This document shows positions 1 through 3,340 of a stretch of 3,340 bases of DNA, piece by piece (the stretch's first letter is position 1; each line of letters begins with the position of its first letter). This stretch comes from Escherichia coli. GTDB lineage: Bacteria > Pseudomonadota > Gammaproteobacteria > Enterobacterales > Enterobacteriaceae. The position numbers and the translations under genes were made by a program. Location of the stretch: assembly GCF_003334815.1 (NCBI RefSeq), contig NZ_QOWO01000083.1; one strand, 5' to 3'. The notes beneath the pieces were generated by a model. It ran no database searches and had not been told where the DNA came from. It saw nothing but the letters and a program-made list of their open reading frames with translations.

Positions 1-102
1 GCTGAACTGTTGCTGGAAGACTACAAAGCCTCCCTGAAATATCTCAGCGATCACCCGAAACTGCAGGGTATTGCCCAACAGAACAGCTTTAAACATACCT
101 GA
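1..102 (+). CDS. gadB: 3' end of glutamate decarboxylase (partial; N-terminus lies upstream of the window)
   Basis: Frame 1 is open from base 1 and translates to [33 protein letters not shown], ending at TGA 100-102 with a second in-frame stop TAA at 103-105. This matches my memory of the E. coli GadA/GadB C-terminus; gadB rather than gadA is inferred because gadC follows directly. Identity is from recall, not a search. Confidence 0.85.
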
Positions 103-122
103 TAACGTTTAACGGTAACGGT

Positions 123-148
123 GTCCCGAAACGAACCCGTTTCGGGAC
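123..148 (+). other. Stem-loop in the gadB-gadC intergenic RNA: 11-bp perfect stem (GTCCCGAAACG / CGTTTCGGGAC) with 4-nt loop AACC, no U-tract after it
   Basis: Direct reading: bases 123-133 are the exact reverse complement of 138-148. The downstream sequence is AATTTCC, so it is not a canonical intrinsic terminator; it could be a partial attenuator, a processing site, or a 3' stabiliser of the gadB message. Confidence 0.5.
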
Positions 149-191
149 AATTTCCAAAGTCTGTTCACTGGCATTAGCAACGGAAAATATT

Positions 192-212
192 GTTCTGAAT
201 ACGCTTCAGAAC
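192..212 (+). promoter_or_regulatory. Perfect 8-bp inverted repeat GTTCTGAA-N5-TTCAGAAC in the gadC leader
   Basis: Direct reading: 192-199 is the reverse complement of 205-212, with spacer TACGC. It sits about 45 nt upstream of the gadC start. Function is unknown; it could be an RNA hairpin or a dimeric protein-binding site. Confidence 0.3.
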
Positions 213-246
213 AAAACAGGTGCGGTTCCGACAGGAATACCGTTTT

Positions 247-252
247 AGGGGG
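247..252 (+). promoter_or_regulatory. Shine-Dalgarno sequence for gadC (AGGGGG)
   Basis: Purine-rich AGGGGG ends 5 nt before the ATG at 258, which is canonical spacing. Confidence 0.7.
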
Positions 253-257
253 ATAAT

Positions 258-1793
258 ATGGCTACATCAGTACAGACAGGTAAAGCTAAGCAGCTCACAT
301 TACTTGGATTCTTTGCCATAACGGCATCGATGGTAATGGCTGTTTATGAATACCCTACCTTCGCAACATCGGGCTTTTCATTAGTCTTCTTCCTGCTATT
401 AGGCGGGATTTTATGGTTTATTCCCGTGGGACTTTGTGCTGCGGAAATGGCCACCGTCGACGGCTGGGAAGAAGGTGGTGTCTTCGCCTGGGTATCAAAT
501 ACTCTGGGGCCGAGATGGGGATTTGCAGCGATCTCATTTGGCTATCTGCAAATCGCCATTGGTTTTATTCCGATGCTCTATTTCGTGTTAGGGGCACTCT
601 CCTACATCCTGAAATGGCCAGCGCTGAATGAAGACCCCATTACCAAAACTATTGCAGCACTCATCATTCTTTGGGCGCTGGCATTAACGCAGTTTGGTGG
701 CACGAAATACACGGCGCGAATTGCTAAAGTTGGCTTCTTCGCCGGTATCCTGTTACCTGCATTTATTTTGATCGCATTAGCGGCTATTTATCTGCACTCC
801 GGTGCCCCCGTTGCTATCGAAATGGATTCGAAGACCTTCTTCCCTGACTTCTCTAAAGTGGGCACCCTGGTAGTATTTGTTGCCTTCATTTTGAGTTATA
901 TGGGCGTAGAAGCATCCGCAACCCACGTCAATGAAATGAGCAACCCAGGGCGCGACTATCCGTTGGCTATGTTACTGCTGATGGTGGCGGCAATCTGCTT
1001 AAGCTCTGTTGGTGGTTTGTCTATTGCGATGGTCATTCCGGGTAATGAAATCAACCTCTCCGCAGGGGTAATGCAAACCTTTACCGTTCTGATGTCCCAT
1101 GTGGCACCAGAAATTGAGTGGACGGTTCGCGTGATCTCCGCACTGCTGTTGCTGGGTGTTCTGGCGGAAATCGCCTCCTGGATTGTTGGTCCTTCTCGCG
1201 GGATGTATGTCACAGCGCAGAAAAACCTGCTGCCAGCGGCATTCGCTAAAATGAACAAAAATGGCGTACCGGTAACGCTGGTCATTTCGCAGCTGGTGAT
1301 TACGTCTATCGCGTTGATCATCCTCACCAATACCGGTGGCGGTAACAACATGTCCTTCCTGATCGCACTGGCGCTGACGGTGGTGATTTATCTGTGTGCT
1401 TATTTCATGCTGTTTATTGGCTACATTGTGTTGGTTCTTAAACATCCTGACTTAAAACGCACATTTAATATCCCTGGTGGTAAAGGGGTGAAACTGGTCG
1501 TGGCAATTGTCGGTCTGCTGACTTCAATTATGGCGTTTATTGTTTCCTTCCTGCCGCCGGATAACATCCAGGGTGATTCTACCGATATGTATGTTGAATT
1601 ACTGGTTGTTAGTTTCCTGGTGGTACTTGCCCTGCCCTTTATTCTCTATGCTGTTCATGATCGTAAAGGCAAAGCAAATACCGGCGTCACTCTGGAGCCA
1701 ATCAACAGTCAGAACGCACCAAAAGGTCACTTCTTCCTGCACCCGCGTGCACGTTCACCACACTATATTGTGATGAATGACAAGAAACACTAA
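258..1793 (+). CDS. gadC: Glutamate:gamma-aminobutyrate (GABA) antiporter, APC superfamily, acid-resistance system 2
   Basis: Uninterrupted 512-codon ORF (511 aa plus TAA) with a strong SD. The translation is highly hydrophobic with many predicted transmembrane segments. The N-terminus [22 protein letters not shown] and the His/basic-rich C-terminal tail ending [10 protein letters not shown] match my memory of E. coli GadC (XasA). Position directly after gadB fits the gadBC operon. Confidence 0.96.
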   Translation: MATSVQTGKAKQLTLLGFFAITASMVMAVYEYPTFATSGFSLVFFLLLGGILWFIPVGLCAAEMATVDGWEEGGVFAWVSNTLGPRWGFAAISFGYLQIAIGFIPMLYFVLGALSYILKWPALNEDPITKTIAALIILWALALTQFGGTKYTARIAKVGFFAGILLPAFILIALAAIYLHSGAPVAIEMDSKTFFPDFSKVGTLVVFVAFILSYMGVEASATHVNEMSNPGRDYPLAMLLLMVAAICLSSVGGLSIAMVIPGNEINLSAGVMQTFTVLMSHVAPEIEWTVRVISALLLLGVLAEIASWIVGPSRGMYVTAQKNLLPAAFAKMNKNGVPVTLVISQLVITSIALIILTNTGGGNNMSFLIALALTVVIYLCAYFMLFIGYIVLVLKHPDLKRTFNIPGGKGVKLVVAIVGLLTSIMAFIVSFLPPDNIQGDSTDMYVELLVVSFLVVLALPFILYAVHDRKGKANTGVTLEPINSQNAPKGHFFLHPRARSPHYIVMNDKKH

Positions 1794-1817
1794 CCATGTC
1801 TGAATGGTTATAAGACA

Positions 1818-1846
1818 AGGGAGCGATAATTCATCGCTCCCTTTTT
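1818..1846 (+). terminator. Rho-independent terminator of the gadBC transcript
   Basis: Direct reading: 10-bp GC-rich stem AGGGAGCGAT (1818-1827) / ATCGCTCCCT (1833-1842), 5-nt loop AATTC, then a run of five T (1842-1846). It starts 25 nt after the gadC stop codon. Confidence 0.8.
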
Positions 1847-1862
1847 CGTGCTTGCTGTCGTA

Positions 1863-1891
1863 TTGACTTAACGGGGATAAGTACGAGAATG
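1863..1891 (+). promoter_or_regulatory. Candidate sigma70-type promoter for the downstream lipoprotein gene: -35 TTGACT (1863-1868), about 16-bp spacer, -10-like GAGAAT (1885-1890)
   Basis: Direct reading. The -35 matches consensus at 5 of 6 positions and the -10 at 4 of 6, including the conserved A2 and T6. It lies between the gadC terminator and the 1924 start codon. The -10 is weak, so this is speculative. Confidence 0.25.
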
Positions 1892-1923
1892 AGCGCACAT
1901 CTGTTTACCGGAAACCAGCACAT

Positions 1924-3243
1924 ATGGATATCTGCTCCCGAAACAAGAAATTAACGATTAGAAGACCAGCGATACTAGTTGCACTGGCACTTTTACTGTG
2001 TAGTTGTAAAAGCACGCCTCCAGAGTCCATGGTGACACCACCAGCAGGTTCAAAGCCACCAGCCACGACGCAACAATCGTCACAACCGATGCGTGGCATC
2101 TGGCTGGCCACGGTTTCTCGGCTCGACTGGCCACCGGTTTCCTCGGTTAACATTAGTAACCCCACCAGCCGGGCCCGTGTACAACAACAGGCGATGATCG
2201 ACAAACTGGATCATCTGCAACGTCTCGGCATAAACACGGTCTTTTTCCAGGTCAAGCCGGACGGTACCGCCCTGTGGCCATCGAAAATTTTGCCGTGGTC
2301 CGATCTTATGACCGGTAAGATTGGTGAAAATCCGGGTTACGATCCGCTGCAATTTATGCTCGACGAAGCCCACAAGCGTGGGATGAAAGTACACGCCTGG
2401 TTTAACCCCTATCGCGTATCGGTTAATACGAAGCCCGGTACTATCAGGGAACTGAATAGCACTCTGTCTCAACAACCGGCGAGCGTCTATGTGCAACACC
2501 GCGACTGGATCAGAACGTCTGGCGATCGCTTTGTCCTCGACCCGGGCATCCCTGAGGTTCAGGACTGGATCACATCAATAGTCGCAGAAGTGGTTTCCCG
2601 CTATCCCGTAGATGGCGTGCAGTTTGACGACTATTTCTATACGGAGTCACCGGGTTCACGGCTAAATGATAACGAAACGTACCGTAAATACGGAGGCGCA
2701 TTTGCGTCAAAAGCAGACTGGCGGCGCAACAATACTCAGCAGTTAATTGCAAAGGTATCGCACACCATTAAAAGCATTAAGCCGGGAGTCGAATTTGGTG
2801 TTAGCCCGGCAGGCGTGTGGCGTAACCGATCACACGATCCGCTCGGTTCCGATACCCGAGGCGCGGCAGCCTATGACGAATCCTACGCTGACACCCGTCG
2901 ATGGGTGGAACAAGGATTGCTGGATTACATTGCTCCCCAAATTTACTGGCCGTTCTCACGGAGTGCCGCGCGTTATGACGTGTTGGCAAAATGGTGGGCG
3001 GATGTCGTTAAACCGACCAGGACCCGCCTGTATATCGGTATCGCCTTCTATAAAGTGGGTGAACCTTCAAAGATAGAGCCAGACTGGATGATTAACGGCG
3101 GCGTACCGGAACTGAAAAAGCAGCTCGATCTTAACGATGCTGTGCCCGAAATTAGCGGCACCATCTTGTTCCGTGAGGACTATCTGAATAAACCGCAGAC
3201 TCAACAAGCGGTCAGCTATCTGCAAAGTCGCTGGGGCAGTTAA
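1924..3243 (+). CDS. digH: Outer-membrane lipoprotein with a glycoside-hydrolase-like family 10 (GHL10) domain; divisome-associated glycan hydrolase YddW/DigH
   Basis: Uninterrupted 440-codon ORF (439 aa plus TAA). The N-terminus has a basic n-region (SRNKKLTIRR), a hydrophobic core (PAILVALALLL), and a Cys-containing lipobox-like motif (LLCSC), followed by a Pro/Ser/Thr-rich linker. The rest is a soluble domain rich in aromatic and acidic residues, typical of a TIM-barrel glycosidase fold. Size and position next to gadC match E. coli yddW as I recall it. There is no in-frame start between the upstream stop (1864-1866) and ATG 1924, and none between 1924 and the lipobox, so the start is well constrained even though the SD is weak (GGAA about 10-13 nt upstream). 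Confidence 0.9.
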   Translation: MDICSRNKKLTIRRPAILVALALLLCSCKSTPPESMVTPPAGSKPPATTQQSSQPMRGIWLATVSRLDWPPVSSVNISNPTSRARVQQQAMIDKLDHLQRLGINTVFFQVKPDGTALWPSKILPWSDLMTGKIGENPGYDPLQFMLDEAHKRGMKVHAWFNPYRVSVNTKPGTIRELNSTLSQQPASVYVQHRDWIRTSGDRFVLDPGIPEVQDWITSIVAEVVSRYPVDGVQFDDYFYTESPGSRLNDNETYRKYGGAFASKADWRRNNTQQLIAKVSHTIKSIKPGVEFGVSPAGVWRNRSHDPLGSDTRGAAAYDESYADTRRWVEQGLLDYIAPQIYWPFSRSAARYDVLAKWWADVVKPTRTRLYIGIAFYKVGEPSKIEPDWMINGGVPELKKQLDLNDAVPEISGTILFREDYLNKPQTQQAVSYLQSRWGS

Positions 3244-3276
3244 ACTCCCATTCTTACTTTGTACTGATGAATCCCC

Positions 3277-3300
3277 TAATGATTTTTATCAAAATCATTA
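3277..3300. promoter_or_regulatory. Perfect AT-rich palindrome TAATGATTTT-N4-AAAATCATTA in the intergenic region downstream of digH
   Basis: Direct reading: 3277-3286 is the exact reverse complement of 3291-3300, with spacer TATC. It is too AT-rich and lacks a GC stem and T-run, so it is not a convincing intrinsic terminator; a dimeric regulator-binding site in the next gene's promoter region is more likely. By recalled synteny the next gene would be dosC, whose start is outside the window. Confidence 0.3.
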
Positions 3301-3340
3301 AGTTAAGGTAGATACACATCTTGTCATATGATCAAATGGT

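Noticed and set aside
103-257. Possibility of a small RNA gene such as GadY, or a gad-box activator site, in the gadB-gadC intergenic region
   Set aside because: As I recall, GadY lies in the gadX-gadW region and the GadE-binding gad box lies upstream of gadB and gadA, not between gadB and gadC. I do not see a sequence here that I recognise as either. The two hairpins are reported as structural features only.
413-631. 72-aa ORF on the + strand inside gadC
   Set aside because: It lies wholly within the gadC CDS in a different frame, has no independent RBS, and its translation is Arg/Cys/Gly-rich, typical of an out-of-frame read of a coding region. Spurious.
956-1445. Two overlapping minus-strand ORFs (131 aa and 148 aa) antisense to gadC
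   Set aside because: Both are embedded antisense to a strongly supported membrane-protein gene. Their translations are low-complexity (Arg/Gln/His-rich) without recognisable domain character and have no obvious start signals. Shadow ORFs.
1540-1773. 77-aa + strand ORF overlapping the 3' part of gadC
   Set aside because: Alternative frame of gadC; Cys/Trp-rich composition typical of off-frame translation; no RBS.
1826-1831. GATAAT hexamer as a -10 element for the downstream gene
   Set aside because: It lies inside the loop-proximal part of the gadC terminator stem with no acceptable -35 at the right spacing; more likely incidental.
1905-2499. Minus-strand ORFs (99 aa and 139 aa) overlapping the start and N-terminal region of yddW/digH
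   Set aside because: Antisense to a well-supported lipoprotein gene with a coherent signal peptide and domain; no support for independent expression.
2570-3076. Small ORFs (60, 62 and 109 aa) on both strands inside the digH CDS
   Set aside because: Embedded in alternative frames of the 439-aa ORF with Arg-rich off-frame composition; no independent signals.
1-3340. Mobile element, CRISPR array, defence island or toxin-antitoxin module
   Set aside because: There are no direct repeat arrays, terminal inverted repeats flanking an ORF, or transposase/integrase-like ORFs. All coding capacity is explained by three recognisable housekeeping or stress genes on one strand.
3325-3340. ATG near the end of the window (CATATGATCAAATGG) as the start of the next gene
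   Set aside because: There is too little sequence to evaluate an ORF and no SD upstream; the next gene's start probably lies beyond the window.

Overview
This window reads as a well-known enterobacterial (E. coli/Shigella-type) chromosomal locus, not a novel system. All calls are from reading the sequence and recalling the proteins; no database search was run. On the + strand it holds the last 33 codons of glutamate decarboxylase gadB (1..102), a 155-bp intergenic region with two stem-loop-forming inverted repeats, the complete glutamate:GABA antiporter gadC (258..1793, 511 aa), a clear rho-independent terminator (1818..1846), and a complete 439-aa lipoprotein of the GHL10 glycoside-hydrolase-like family that I recognise as yddW/digH (1924..3243). 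The final ~100 bp is AT-rich intergenic DNA with a perfect 10-bp palindrome. I see no CRISPR array, tRNA/rRNA, mobile element, or defence/toxin-like gene. The findings are small regulatory or structural observations rather than a new system, and the minus-strand and off-frame ORFs in the track look like spurious shadows of the three real genes.
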